Below are positions 26,501 through 40,169 of a DNA stretch of 64,000 nt, piece after piece. Position numbers and translations under genes: made by a program. The DNA comes from the human T2T-CHM13v2.0 reference genome, Homo sapiens. Within the stretch, counting starts at the first letter, position 1; each line of letters begins with the position of its first letter. Under the pieces are notes generated by a model, which had not been told where the DNA came from, searched no databases, and was given only the letters and a program-made list of their open reading frames with translations. The stretch is taken from the NCBI RefSeq assembly GCF_009914755.1, contig NC_060947.1. One strand, written 5' to 3'.

Positions 26501-28099
26501 CTATGTTGTGCTCTTCCTGCATAAAGTCTGCCTGATGACAGGACTTCCAATATCTTTGTGAACAAATTAGTTAATTTGTAACTACTTGTAGCTAACTTAA
26601 TTTATTAGCTGCTCATGAACAAGGACATTTAAGTTATTTGGGGAAAAAGGTGCACCTTTTGTGGATGCAATCATTGCAGTTACCTATCTAAATAATTAAA
26701 GAAAGATCTCAACTGAACTGTGGAAATTTTGAGTTCACTCTTCCTTTCTGTTTTTGTCATTATTTGGGTTTAATGCTGCAAGGTTTGGGGTATGTATACT
26801 TGAATGAAATATTATAGATCAACTCACTCAAGCTTCAGAGTTTGTATAATTTCCAGAAAAAGATTTTCCCCATCTTCATTAATCCAAATAAAGCCTCTTT
26901 TTGAACTGTTCTTACTCTTCTCTAATTGGTCACCTTTAGTTAATAACTTCACTGTCTTAGAAGAGTGGATAATTCAGTAATATTCAAAACATTCACAAAA
27001 CATCATTATAAAGCAATGACGTTGGTTTTATCTTTATTATAAAAATAGCTATGTGTCCATGGCAACTCTAGACTGCCTCTTTGACTAGATTTTCAATGAT
27101 GATTTATGTAGAAGAGAAACTCATATTACGTTTTTTTATTTCACTTTGAATTCATCTAGTATTTTTAACTGGTCCTCATTTATATATGATCAACATAAGA
27201 CAACCTCACTTTTCTCTCATAGGCATACAATATTAATGTGGCTTTGACAACTAAAAATCTATATAACAACCTATGACAACTTTATGTACTTTTAGTTATG
27301 GTATTCTGAAAACATTGTGTTATATTAGGTCAAAGTAAACTATCACCTGGACACCTCGTTAAACTATTGTGTAGAAAATTGTGCTATTTTTGTGTTTTAC
27401 CTTTTCCTTAGAAGTTATGTATGTCAAGAAATTAGACATAACTAATTTTTATTAGCTGAATTTAAATTTACACACAGAAAAAATGCGTTTATCTATAAAC
27501 TCAGTCTCTTTGAAGACTGAAAAATACAGAGGTAGTATTCTGAGTGGGATTTGGGAATTCATTTGTCTTAGAAATTACTAATAGCTAACTTTACACTTTT
27601 GAAGTAAAAAATGGCACTTAAGGTTTGTAGTCTTAAAAATCGCCACAATTTTTTGAGGGGTAGAAGTGTGTAAATACTTAAAATATTTTTAAGCAAAAGA
27701 TATTTAAATCTATAGCCTAATGTTTTTATCTAATAATTAGGGGAGTAAACACTTTTACTGTAAATATTAAGCCAATTAGAACCATGTAGAATGCAATTAT
27801 GCATCTTTTTTATACTGATGAAGCAAAACACCGGTTTAATAGCATTGAAAGAGAAGAACAATGTAACAAGCAAAAAATAATAAATGGCTGGTCGAGATGT
27901 TTATGCCTCAAATTCTGAGATGGGCATTACCAGGGAGAAGCGTTGCTAGGGAATTGAAATCTTCTGCTCCTCTAAATGACTCCATTTCTGCTCGTTCGGC
28001 TGAGAAGCATTATTTTATTATATAATACCCAATACAGATAGCAGAGATGGGGGGATATCGTGGGAACCATGTGCAATTTAAGGCTGGAATATTCTCACT

Positions 28100-28280
28100 T
28101 AACTCTGGCTGCCTGCTGTTTTACATCTATATAACTGACATTGACCACTTCCCTGAAAACAGTTTCCCATTACTCTTTTCTAAAGAGTAGATACATAATA
28201 TACTTCCCGCATATATCACACGTTTGTGGGAGAAAACATGTGGAAACATATTTTGTGAACTATAAAGTACTCTACATTTT
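28100..28280 (+). mobile_element. MIR3/MIRc-like relic
   Basis: CAGTTTCCC...TTTTGTGAACTATAAAGTACT. Confidence 0.45.
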
Positions 28281-29147
28281 ACATACGAAAAATCCTGAAT
28301 AAATTTTGAGGTTAGCTGGAAGAAACATCTTTTACTCCTTGAGAATGAAAATCTACAGAGGGAAAAAAAGCTTATGTCTTAACAATAATGTTTTGGACAC
28401 ATAGCAAAGTTCAAGTCCAGCTTTACTTTCTGAGGTATTATGTGGGGATAACAATATTTTCCCAGAAAACGTTCCATATATGTACATTTGCTGTGGTCAG
28501 AGTGATGACTTGAGACTTTCTAAATACGCAGCTCACGCAGTGTACAGCTGGGGTAATTGGCCATTTATCTCATTGCACAATGGAAAGTGCTCAGATGTAA
28601 ACCCGTTATTATCCAAAAGGCATCATTGCTATTGAAGCCCCATGAAGAATCCACTCAGAGAGCAAAAACAGTCTTATCTTAATAGTGTGTACATAACATA
28701 GCCTATACACAGGCTTCAAATTAGCCCCATGAAATCCTTACAAATTAAGATAGAAGCATTCAGAATTACATGGTGAAAAGTTCCCGTGTGGAAACCAAGA
28801 CTTGTAGGCTTTGATTCTTACCATAACAAGGAGGGGCATGGACTTGGGTGGGTGGTGGTGGTGGCAAAAATGACGGCCTGAGGCTAGGATTCTGTCAGAC
28901 ACAGGTGCCTTGAGACATTTTGTAAGACAGTAAGCTCGGTTTGCTTTCAAAACAGAGCTCTAACCTCAGTTCCTATCAACCACCCATTTATCAAAATCTG
29001 ACAACTTGTTGAAATACTGTTATTTCCTGGTGAGAACACCTCTTTGCATAAGAAATTGAGGAGTTTTCCCCACTTATATAAAAAAGGCACTCCCTTTGGT
29101 TGTCCCAACATAATGTCTTTCCCATTTGGTAAACACAGTAATAGACC

Positions 29148-29358
29148 ATATTAGTTATTGATTATTGCAGAACAAATTATTCCAAAAGGTAGTGGCTTAG
29201 ATCAACACACATGTGTCATCTCACCGGGTTTGTGGTCAGGAATCTGGGCACAGTTTAGCTTGGTTCTCTCACCATAATCCTGTTAAGGCTTAACAGAGAA
29301 AGAATCCACTTTCAGCTCGTGCGGGTGCTGGCAGGGTTTGATTTCTTATAGGTTGGTG
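29148..29358 (-). mobile_element. MLT1F-like LTR, 3' half
   Basis: GGTCAGGAATCTGGGCACAGTTTAGCT...GAATCCACTTTCAGCTC...GGCAGG. Confidence 0.75.
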
Positions 29359-29884
29359 GGCGTGAGCCACCACACCCAGCCAACAACCACACCTGGCCAT
29401 TTGTTTTAATAATCAGAAAGTCTTATTAAAAATCTAAGGAGTTTAATTTAAAAATACATGCAGTAAACAACTGTATAGTAGACATGCTTGTCCATCTTCC
29501 ATTATGAAACTTATCTCTAACTATACACAGTTTTACGTGGATTTGTCATTCCTGGAAGCTAAACAAACAAAATTGTTTTGTCTTATTTTTGTTATTCTAT
29601 TATAGCCAAAACTTTATAAGGGGCGTAAGTAAATCTGATTGCCATGAGGAGTATTATATCATGTGAAGGGAAAAGAAAAGCAGTGGAAATCATTTTCCAG
29701 TATTTTCAAAGTAACTTTGCTTATAACCTACCCTGAAACACTGAGAAAGAACTATTAAAAAACTCAACAGATATAGGTTCAGTATGCTTTATTGATTGGT
29801 GGGTTATTCTCTACCCAGAAGTCTGTTCAAGGCCTGGGATTTATTATCTCTTTGGGAACCTTTTCATTCTCATGTTCCAGGTTT

Positions 29885-30178
29885 ATGGGCTCAGCTGCTT
29901 CTGAGAGAGTTCCTAATAACCCCACCTCCTGAATAGCCACGCCCTTGTTATAATTCCCTCTTTGTGTGTGGGTGGGACCTAATGACTTCCTTCTAATAAA
30001 TGGAATACTACAAAAATGATGAGATGTCACTTCCATGATTGGGTCAGAAAGGTCTGTGGCCACCATCTTAGTAGCAGGCAACATCTACTGCCTTTTTCAC
30101 TTGAATACTTTGATGATGGAAACTGCCATGTGTTGGAAGCTAGCACAGCAAAGAACAGAGACCTCTGTCCCATTGTCG
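29885..30178 (+). mobile_element. MLT1F-like LTR, 5' half (opposite orientation to its 3' half)
   Basis: CCCCACCTCCTG..CACGCCCTTGT..GTGTGGG..GGACCTA..GATGTCACTTCC..CTGCCATGT. Confidence 0.78.
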
Positions 30179-30411
30179 TTAAGTCCATTGACCTATCCTA
30201 TTTAATAGACTAACAAAAATAAGACAAAACAATTTTGTTTGTTTGTTTAGCTTGGAGGAATGATAAATCCATATAAAACTGTGTATAGTTAGAGATAAAT
30301 TTTCATAATGGAAGATGGACAAGCATGTCTACTATACAGTTGTTTACTGCATGTATTTTTAAATTAAACTCATTAGATTTTTAATAAGACTTTCCAGTTA
30401 TTAAAAAAAAC

Positions 30412-30721
<310 letters not shown>

Positions 30722-30800
30722 TATGGTCACAATAGAGAATATCAAAATGTAGAAGGAGGCAAACAAAGTTCTACAACAGAAAACAAAAGCACTGTGTACA

Positions 30801-30920
30801 TTTTTAACAGCTTTACTGAGATATAATTCTCACACCATACAATTCACCTGCATAAAGTCCATATTTAGTGGTTTTTAGTGAATTCACAGAGTTGTGCTGC
30901 CATCACCACAATCAATATTA
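30801..30920 (-). mobile_element. L1MB 3' end fragment
   Basis: ACAGCTTTACTGAGATATAATTC...CATCACCACAATC. Confidence 0.75.
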
Positions 30921-31099
30921 GTCTGCTTATGTTTTAACATAAAAAACCCCTAGCTTTTTGGCCTATGCATTCACATATTTCTTTTAAGTTTACACAATAT
31001 ATTGTGAGCATTTCCCATATTAATGAATGTTCTGCAGGAGTATGATTTATAATAGGTACACAGTAATTCAAAAAAAAAAAAAAAGAAACCTTACTTTGA

Positions 31100-31275
31100 T
31101 TATTTATTCTCTGCCAAGCACTTTATTGAGTAATGGATTGTGTCATTTAGTCTTCACAATAATCTTATGGAATAGGTACTGTAATTTTTAAAGAATTGGA
31201 AATATCATAGAAGGCTAAATTTCTTGGCCACAGTGACATGTTCAGTAAGTAAGTGGATGGCATCAAGGAGTCTAA
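31100..31275 (-). mobile_element. MIR
   Basis: TCATTTAGTCTTCACAATAATCTTATGGAATAGGTACT. Confidence 0.6.
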
Positions 31276-31283
31276 CTCATCTC

Positions 31284-31602
31284 TTTTTTCTTTTTCTTTT
31301 TCTTTCTTTCTTTTGTTTTTTTTTCTTTTTGAAACAGTCTCATTCTGTCACCCAGGCTGAAATGCAGTGGTGCAATCTTGGCTCAGGGCAACTTCTGCCT
31401 CCCGGGTTCAAGCGATTCTCTTGCCTCAGCCTCCCAAGTAGCTGGGCTACAGGGGTGCACCACCACACCTGGCTAAATTTTGTATTATTTTGGTACAGAC
31501 GGGGTTTTACCATGTTGGCCAGGCTGGTCTTGAAATCCTGGCCTCAGTTAATCAGCCTGCCTCAGCCTCACAAAGTGCTGGGATTACAGGTGTGAGCCAC
31601 TG
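31284..31602 (-). mobile_element. AluS
   Basis: T-rich tail plus dimer ending GTGAGCCACTG. Confidence 0.9.
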
Positions 31603-31698
31603 ATTCATCTTTCTTAAAAGATAGATCTAGGTTAAGTTGGCTGATCAAGCCCATAGTGTTAAATATTAAAATTGTTTCCAGTTTTGAGATATTATATT

Positions 31699-32212
31699 TG
31701 TATTTGTCATCTATTGCTGTATTAAAACATCCCCCCAGTATTTAGCAACTTAATTATTGACATCACAGGTTCTGTGTGTCAGGAATCTAGGAGCAGATGA
31801 GCTGAGTCCTCTGGCATAGGGACTCCTATAGAGTTGCAATTAAATGTCATCTGGGTCTGAGGTTTTGTGTGAAAACTTGACTGGGTAAGAATCTGCTTCC
31901 AGGTGCACTGATGTCACTTTTTGCTACTCTCAGGTCTTTGCTAGCTGTTGGCCAGAGACGGCAGTTCTTTGATATGTGGTCTTCATCGTAGGACATCTCT
32001 AATGGTTGCAAATGGTGTCCCTCAGAGGAAGCAGGTGAGAGTTGACACACAAGATGAAATTCTAATCTCAGTAATGGTGGCCCATTTTTTTGCTGTATTC
32101 TATTGAAGTAACTTCCTTGGTGCAACCCAGGCTGGAGGGAAGGAGCTGCATGAGGGTATAAATATCACAGGGGAAAATAATTTGGAGACCCTCATAGATG
32201 CTGCCTATTGCA
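31699..32212 (-). mobile_element. MLT1F-like LTR
   Basis: TCTATTGCTGTA...GTCAGGAATCT...GAATCTGCTTCCA...GCTGCCTATTGCA. Confidence 0.75.
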
Positions 32213-32254
32213 ATAACTAATGCATATTTGTTTCTTGGGGGAGGGCAGAGTTAT

Positions 32255-32635
32255 GCATGTAATGTTGGGGTACAAGTGCAATTACATGCATAGATTGTAT
32301 AATGGACAAGTCAGAACTTTTTGGGTATCCATCACCTGAGTAATGAACATTGTACCCATTAAGTAATTTATCATCATTCATCTCCCTTCCACCCACTCAC
32401 CCTTCCAAGTCTCCGCTGTTCATCATTCTCCTCTCTACATTCATGAATACCCATTTTTTAGCACCCACTTATGAGTGAGAACATGTGCTATTTGTCTTTC
32501 TGGGTCTGGCTTGTTTCACTTCAGATAATAACCTCCATGACCCTGTTTCCATCCATGTTAATGCAAAAGACATGGTTTCATTATTTTTATGGCTGAATAG
32601 TATTCCATTCTGTATATATACCACATTTTCTTTAT
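32255..32635 (-). mobile_element. L1PB-like 3' end
   Basis: GGGTATCCATCACCTGAGTAATG..CATTGTACCC...CCCACTTATGAGTGAGAACATG. Confidence 0.8.
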
Positions 32636-32672
32636 GCTATATTTGTAAATATTTATGAATGGATGTGACTGT

Positions 32673-33032
32673 TGTATTAGTCTGTTCTCATCCTGCTAAT
32701 AAAGACATAGATGAGACTGGGTAATTTATAAAGGAAAGAGGTTTAATGGACTCACAGTTCCACATGGCTGGAGGGGTCTCAAAATAATGGCAGACGGCAA
32801 ATGAGGAGCAAAGTCATGTCTTACATGGCAGCAGGCAAGAGAGTTTGTGCAGAGAACTCCCATTTATAAAACCAAAACCATCAGATCTCATGAGACTTAC
32901 TCACTACCATGAGAACAATATGGGGAAAACCACTCCCATGATTCAAAGATCTCCACCTGGCCCTGCCCTTGATATGTGGGGATGATTACAATTCAAGGTG
33001 AGATTTGGTGGGGATGCAGCCAAACCATATCA
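32673..33032 (-). mobile_element. THE1 solo LTR (MaLR)
   Basis: TGTATTAGTCTGTTCTCA...CAGCCAAACCATATCA. Confidence 0.93.
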
Positions 33033-33093
33033 TTTGTTTAGAGATGAAAGCAGACAAATTTTGTGTGTGTGTGTGTTTAATATGAATTGACAT

Positions 33094-33615
33094 TGTAGGT
33101 TGCCAATCCATGATCCATTTAATCCTCTTTCTTAATGTCACCCATATTTTCATTTAGTATCCACCACTTGTCCACATTGGCCATATACCTCGATGGAGGC
33201 TGAACCTGCCCCTACAGCTATGCTGCACCCAGTTGGCTGAATCCAATCAACATTTGGAGGACATGTGACCCAAGTGGTCCAATTGGAGCTAATATTGGGA
33301 CTATAGCTGACCATGCTTAGGTAGGAGCATTTCTCTTCTATGAACACAGTGGTGTGTTGGTGTGATGGCTTGTACACAATAACCACTTTTACACTATGAA
33401 TGGGAGTAGGCTGAAAATGCAGCCAACTCCCTGCAAAAGGCAAGACCAAAGGAATCTCGGAAAAAAATGGTGGAGGAGTTGCAGGTTAAACCAACCCTGA
33501 AAATTGTCTTACATCTGAATTTCAGCTACGTTCACCAACACACATAGCTCTTTTTTAAGCAAGTTTGAGTAATGTTTTTCCATGTTTCTTGCCATCCCAA
33601 ATTGTCTAACTAAGG
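33094..33615 (+). mobile_element. Old MLT1 (K/L-like) LTR, probably followed by MLT-internal sequence to ~34300
   Basis: CATGTGACCCAAGTGGTCCAAT; TTTAAGCAAGTTTGAGT...CTAACTAA. Confidence 0.55.
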
Positions 33616-33778
33616 AATAATGTCTCAAGAAGTGGTATACCATAATTCACACATCTAAAATGTTGGGTTGGTTGAACCAATGATAAAGACAGAAACAATG
33701 AGAACTCCACTATTCTGGGATGTTAAGTTGATTATTATTGATAAGTAGTTACAAAACACTAGTTAAATTATCACCAGT

Positions 33779-34060
33779 GGCCAGGAGCGGTGGCTCACGC
33801 CTGCAATTACAGCACTTTGGGAGGCTGAGGTGGGTGGATCACCTGAAGTCAGAGTTCTAGACCAGCCTGGCCAACATGGTGAAACCCCGTCTCTACTAAA
33901 AAATACAAAAAATTAGCCAGGTGTGGTGGAGGGCACCTGTAATCCCAGCTACTCAGGAGAATCGCTTGAACCTGGGAGGTGGAGGTTACCGTGAGCCGAG
34001 ATTGCACCATTGCACTTTAGCCTGAGCAACAAAAGCAAAATTCTGTAAAAAAAAAAAAAA
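33779..34060 (+). mobile_element. AluSq-like with a small internal deletion at CAGGAG microhomology
   Basis: Dimer plus poly-A; TSD ATCACCAGT (33770-33778 / 34061-34069). Confidence 0.92.
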
Positions 34061-34339
34061 ATCACCAGTTATTTCTTGGGATGCAGTTTCTGTGCCTATC
34101 AAGGTTTAGGGCAGCTGGGAGGAAAAAGGTAGGGTGTTGGAGTGAATTAGCTACTTCCTAAAGTTCTCAGTAAGCCTAAAAGCAAGACATGATTTTCCTA
34201 AAATTGGGCCATGTAAAATCAGAGAGGTGGGAAATACAGATTTTGTAAGAGAAGCCCTTCATGCCTATAGAATATAATTCAAAGTATCTTCAAAGATCCA
34301 AAGTCTCTATCGACCCCAAGCTACGGTTTGTGCATTAAA

Positions 34340-35640
34340 CACCCCCTCCCATACCCCCTTCTGTTCTGCCCCATATGTTCTTCTCAGTCTTTCCCGAATT
34401 AGAAAGCAGCTACTCTATTCTTCAAGCTACTGAGGCCAAAAATAGATGGAGTCATCCACATCTCATTTCTTCCTTACACATTCTTCAGCCAGGGTCAAAA
34501 CCAATCCAAACCCTCACCCTTTCTCCCCACCTTCTCCATCCCAACCTGGTTCAAGTCTTCATCACCTCTCCCCCAGGTCTTGCAGGCAACCTGCCAACCG
34601 GCAGCCTATTCACAACTCAGCAGCCAGGTGGGTTCTCTGCAAATGTAGGTCATGGGATTGTGTCACTTTTCTGCTTAAATCTCTTGAATGGTTTCCCATC
34701 TTGCTCAAAATAAAAGTTAAACTGTTAACAATGGCCTAAAGGCCCTACTTGACATGGAATCCTATTACCTTTCTGGTCTTATCCCCAATTCCTTATGTTG
34801 CTCATTCTAGTCCAGCCATAAAATCTCCCATGGTCTTTTGTAAAGTCATTAACTATATATAGGCTCCTGTTTTATGCATTTGCACTTTCTAATTCTTCTA
34901 CCTGGGGTGCCATTTCCCAGATATCTGCATGGTTCCCCCATTGGACATGCATGATAAATAGTGCCCCAATTTGTTCCAGGTCTCTATTTAAATGCCATCT
35001 AATTCAAAAGATCTTTCTTGGGTCCTTTTTCTAAAATAGCAACTTCTTCCCCATGACTGTCTAAGTATGCCATTTGACCCTATGTCATTTTTCTCTGTAT
35101 CGTCTCCAGATAGATGGTATATCTGTTGATATGGTTTGGCTGTGTCCCCACCTAAATCTCTTCTTGAACTGTAGTTCCCATAATCCTCACGTGTCATGGG
35201 AGGGACCCGGTGGGAAGTAATTGAATCTTGGGTACAGTTACCTCCACGCTGTTCTCATGACAGTGAGTTCTCACAAGATCTGAAGGTTTTATAAGGGGCT
35301 TTTCCCCCTTTTGATTGGCACTTCTCCTTGCTGCCGCCATGTGAAGAAGGATGCGTTTGCTTTTCCTTCTGCCATGATTGTAAGTTTCTGAGGCCTCCCC
35401 ATTCCTGCAGAACTGTGAGTCAATTAAACCTCTTTCCTTTATAAATTGCCCAATCGTGGGTATTTCTTCATAGCAGTGTGAGAACTGACTAACACATCTG
35501 TTCATTTGTTTTCAAATGTCTGATTTCCCCCAGTGGAATGAGTGACCTTATGACAAAGACTGTATTTTATTCTCTCCTATTTCTCCAGCACATAGAATAG
35601 TGCTTTCAGTATAGTTGGCATTCAAAAAAAATTTTTTTAA
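34340..35640 (+). mobile_element. L2 (L2a-like) 3' region, split by THE1
   Basis: GGCCAAAAA..GGAGTCATCC; AATGGTTTCCCAT; CCCAGATATCTGCATGG; tail motifs. Confidence 0.7.
35127..35496 (+). mobile_element. THE1 (THE1D-like) solo LTR
   Basis: TGATATGGTTTGGCTGTGTCCCCACC...GACTAACACA; 5-bp TSD TCTGT. Confidence 0.94.
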
Positions 35641-35649
35641 TAAAAAGAA

Positions 35650-36277
35650 TGTAAAGAAAAATTTTATAAATCTCAGGACCCACTCTCCCAAACATCTTAC
35701 ATGAAAGGGAAGGTCATTGCAGCACCCTCTTCCAAATGAATAGCTCTTACATTGCGTACCAACCGGATCCTGTGGAGGAGTGAAAGTCCTCAGGCACCTG
35801 GGGAGGAGAGCCTCCACAGGTCATTCACAAGTAAATTCTTTGCAGGCTTCCCAGAAACAAGGACATGCCAATCATAACTTCAGTCTACAATCCCAAAGTC
35901 TAGCTCCTAAGACGCCACACTGATAATGTCTACTACAAGCTTATCCCCCCAGGTGCAAAGTCAAGACTTTTTCCTCTACCTATGCAGAGACATCTGCATA
36001 ATTGACTCTTCCTTTACAACCTTTTCTCTTCAGACATTCACCTTATCATATGCAAAATGTAGTATTTGTCTAACCACCTACCTGCCCCTCTTCCTCCATG
36101 CCTCCCCACCTTTAAGGAAATATATAAATACTGAACCTCCTGAAAACTTCTTTGGAAAAACAGCCACAGACGTGTCTGTGGCTCATGTTCTGTGGCTGTT
36201 TTTCCCAGACATGCCCTAAAATGGCTGAATAAACCCCAGAGATTGAGAATTATGCCTGTCACTCATGTTAGTCGTCA
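35650..36277 (+). mobile_element. MER72-like solo LTR (ERV1)
   Basis: CACCCTCTTCCAAATGAATAGCT, AAGTAAATTCTTTGC, AAACAAGGACATGCCAAT, CCACACTGATAATGTC; AATAAA near 36228. Confidence 0.75.
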
Positions 36278-36373
36278 GGAGCAGAAGCAGGTGTTGACAC
36301 CTTTAGTAGAGAAAATGTTGGCACAAAAGACAAATCTGTCCCAATATACCAGTGCATGCTCAACTTAGTACAG

Positions 36374-36448
36374 CCTCAAGAAATCCTCCTGCTTGACCTC
36401 CCAAAGCACAGGGATCATAGACTTGATCAGAGTAGATCAAGCCTGGCC
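36374..36448 (-). mobile_element. Alu left-monomer fragment
   Basis: CCTCAAG..ATCCTCCTGCTTGACCTCCCAAAG...GCCTGGCC. Confidence 0.6.
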
Positions 36449-37049
36449 AGTGTAGAGCCTTCTTTCTATCAGCCAAAGTGGGGAATTTTTATGGAGCCAG
36501 AGCACCTGGTCACTGTTATGTAATGATTTGTCTGTCTTATGAGACACAAGACTAGCAAAAATGTGTGGCCATATTTGCATTGCCTGAATAATAAGCAAGC
36601 CAGCTATTTGAGGCCCTTTTGCTATAAGTGACTCCCAAGATTTATTTGGAAATTTGGAATGTTACTTGCCTGAGTAAAGGCCTAAATGCATTTCATATAA
36701 TATGAGCTGGCACTCACTTGCTCAGCAAAAGCTATGAAAAGATTCACATCAGTTGCTTTTGGAAGAGTCACCCTCGTATTCTCTGGAGGGCCTTGGTGGA
36801 AGGCCAATGTCAGCCTGTTTGTCATTTGCACAGTCATCAATATTCAGTAAGCCATACTATTGGAAGGATTGGAGATACTTCAGATAATTAAAGTTTCTAA
36901 TCTTCAGAGGGAAGGTTAAAAGCACATATATTTTGTTGGTGAGTAACAACTGATACAGGGCAAATACAACATTTGACCAGTCTGTCTTTAGAAAATTAAA
37001 AAAACCCATGAAAGATCCAGACTAATCGTCAGCATCCTATATTCCATGG

Positions 37050-37234
37050 ACACAGCCTGTTTTGTAATTAAAATGTTATTGGAACTCAGCCATGCCCACT
37101 CCCTTAGAGACTGTGGGTAGCTGTTTTTCCACTGCAATGGCAGATGTGAGTAGGTGCACCAGAGACTCTATCATACACAAAGTTAAAATTATCTACTACC
37201 TGGCCCTTTATAGAAAAAGTTTGCCAACCTCTTG
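37050..37234 (+). mobile_element. MER58A hAT MITE
   Basis: TTATTGGAACTCAGCCATGCCCA...TGGCCCTTTATAGAAAAAGTTTGCCAACC. Confidence 0.85.
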
Positions 37235-40115
37235 TCTAGATGAGAAAGGGAAGAGATAAGTATAATGTCAGAAAACACTAAGGAAGAATTGTGTGTTGCA
37301 AATATTTGTGCTGGTTCTCATTTTGCATTTAGCTTTGCTTACGGATTACATTGGGTGTAGTACATTGGTAAATTTTATATAGTTTTTAAGTCTATAAATT
37401 TATAAAATATTTTGTATAGTTTATTAACCTATATATCTTTACAATGATGGGTTCTTGCTATGGTTTTATGGCTAAGAAAGTTTATTCTAAACATAGGATT
37501 AAATAATATTAATGTGTATTATTTTATGGTTGCATGGGGGCATTATCTTCTTCGTTTATTTGAAATGGGAAGAAATATTTTAGATATGCAAATTATACAT
37601 AGACAATTTTTATATCAAAGGGCCACCAGAATTATAAAATGTGCCAAGAAGGTTTCACACACTTTATATTTTTGAAAAAGTTTATAAAGTTAAGGTATTC
37701 TCTTTAATGAAATTTTACTAAGATTCACCTATAAAACTGACCAGACATGGTGCTTTTTTGAAGGGACAGAGCATATGTTTGACTGCTAATTCAACACAGT
37801 GCAGTCCCTGGTCACAGTTAGCAAAGTAGACAAATAATTGCCCATATCTACAGAACATTATGAGATGCAAAGACAGAAAACAATAATAGAATGTCTGAGG
37901 TGCAGTAGAGGTGGAAGAAATACATCCGATAAATACTACCACATTTTCAGTTCAACCTTGCATGCTATGTTGCTGTTAACCATGAGGAAGCTATATTGGA
38001 GTTTCACAGTTGGCCCCAACAGTTTAAACTTGGGGGATACATTCTGCAGAGTCCTTGTTTCTCTTAGGAAAGTCAATTAATTCTTTGGACCAGAGTTTTC
38101 TCGGGGTACAATGGGTGGGTAAACAAAACCACACTTCTCAATTTAAACCTGTCTTTCTGACACAACTTAAAACTGTTTTTTTATTCTCAAGAGCATGCTA
38201 ATGGGTATGATAAGCTGTACGTCACATGGGTGCCCAAGGATTGGATTGTTTCTAGTGTTATTTTCACATACAAATAGGAAAAAAAGTGTCTTTAATATTT
38301 CTACCACCTAAATTCATGTTTGCGGTCAGAAATTTCACATTGTAGAGTTGATTGATGATTGGCAAACACTGTTGGTTCACTATTCAAGAAATTTCAGGCT
38401 AGGTGGTTGGTGGCCAAGTGAATGATATTTTGTGAGTAAACTTTCTACATTAACTAGGTGTCTAGTAATTTTACAGTTTTACTATTTTTAATCTTTCCTT
38501 GTACAAAAAGTTCATGAGTAGGACACAGATTTTTTTGTACATCATTTTACAGAAGGTGAAAGGTAAACATGGTAAGTAGAGTGTCTACCATCAGTTAACA
38601 AAACAGTGGCAATCCACTCCTGATTCCAGAAATATCAAACTGCTTCCTAAACCAGACCATGAGAAAATTACCTTCTTTGGAAAGTAGTGTTTCCTTAAAT
38701 ATAATACAATATGAAAAAAAGGGATCACTTTTGAATATTTTCCTGAAATGTGCTAAAAAAAAAATCTCCTGAACTTAGGAACCCTTCACAGAAATATCCA
38801 CCTATCTAAATGAGGTTTGCTACATAAATTGTATATTTCTATGCATTCCCTTTCACTTGTTGACCTTCAAATACACATTTCTTTTTCTCGAATTCTATTG
38901 TTGCCAATCTTAGGGTCAGGAAGCAATAGGTAACAAGGAAATGAAAGATGAGTTTGCATTTGAAATTCAGCAAGGTCTATCATACTGTAATAGCTACCTT
39001 CATTGTAATTACTATATCATAGGGGTTATCACTGAAGAGGCAGCATTTAGTTATATGAAAATCACAGGAATCCCTTTCTACTGCCTCAATTAGGGAGACT
39101 CAGTCTATAAAAGAGACTTTTTAAAAAGTAAATGCTTATTGTATTACGTGGTGCACTGTCAACCTCTCCTAGAGACACTGCCCTTTGGTCTAATGAAACC
39201 TTGTATTTTATCTGTTGTCCTTTGCCTCAAAGACTATCAGTAACAAATCATGAGGACAGTCCTATTGCTCCATTTAGACTTGCACAATATAATAAAACTG
39301 TTTTCCTAGGAGACACCCTGCACTGGATATTGGATATATAAATATACCTTGTTCCAAGAGATTCAGACTTTGGATAATTCTGTCCTATCCTGGAAGTTAA
39401 AACAATGATATCTCATTACAGAATCAGCTGTGACTGTAACGTGGGTTATTTAAAGAGGTTCGCTTATTCTTTGCATTTAACACAACGGTTCCTCAAGGTC
39501 AGAGGCAAAGAGCCTGCTTCCTATGAAGCAACACCATTGTGTAAAATTTAGAAAGCTCCCAATTTATAACTCACCTTGTTCATAGTCACACACAGATTAA
39601 GCAGACTTTGCTATCCATGACCCTAGTCCCTCCTCCATCCTGATGGTATTTTAAAGTCAGCTTCTGAAGCAAATGATCTGGGTTTAGATTTGAAAAATTG
39701 CGTCTTCATCCTAGATTTTACAGGAATTCATGGCAAGGTCACCAGCCCTCAATTCTTCCTGGAACAATGCTGTTTAGCAATTTTGGTCCCAAAGGCTTAT
39801 TTCTTAAATCATTCAAATATCAAAATTGTACTTTTGCTCCTAAGATTTAAATTCTGGGAAGTGTATCAGGAGTCAGTGGGTCATAGTCACTTGCAATTGC
39901 TAAATGATATTATTTGAGACTAAATCTGATAGCTTGAAGACAATGTATAAGTTGAAATGCAGAGAAGAGACTTTGTGCAGAAAAACAACTATTTCCCAAG
40001 GAACTGTGCCTGGGATGATAAAATTGGTATCATCTAGACAAAGGATATTAGAACAACTTGTCAATGAGGGGAATGTCCCTCTTTCCTTTCTTCTTCATGG
40101 GCTGCTTTATAAATA

Positions 40116-40165
40116 GTTTCATTTTAAGAGTCAATTAGATGTTTCATTTTAAGAGTCAATTAGAT
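40116..40165. repeat. Exact 25-bp tandem duplication
   Basis: GTTTCATTTTAAGAGTCAATTAGAT x2. Confidence 0.97.
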
Positions 40166-40169
40166 TGAT

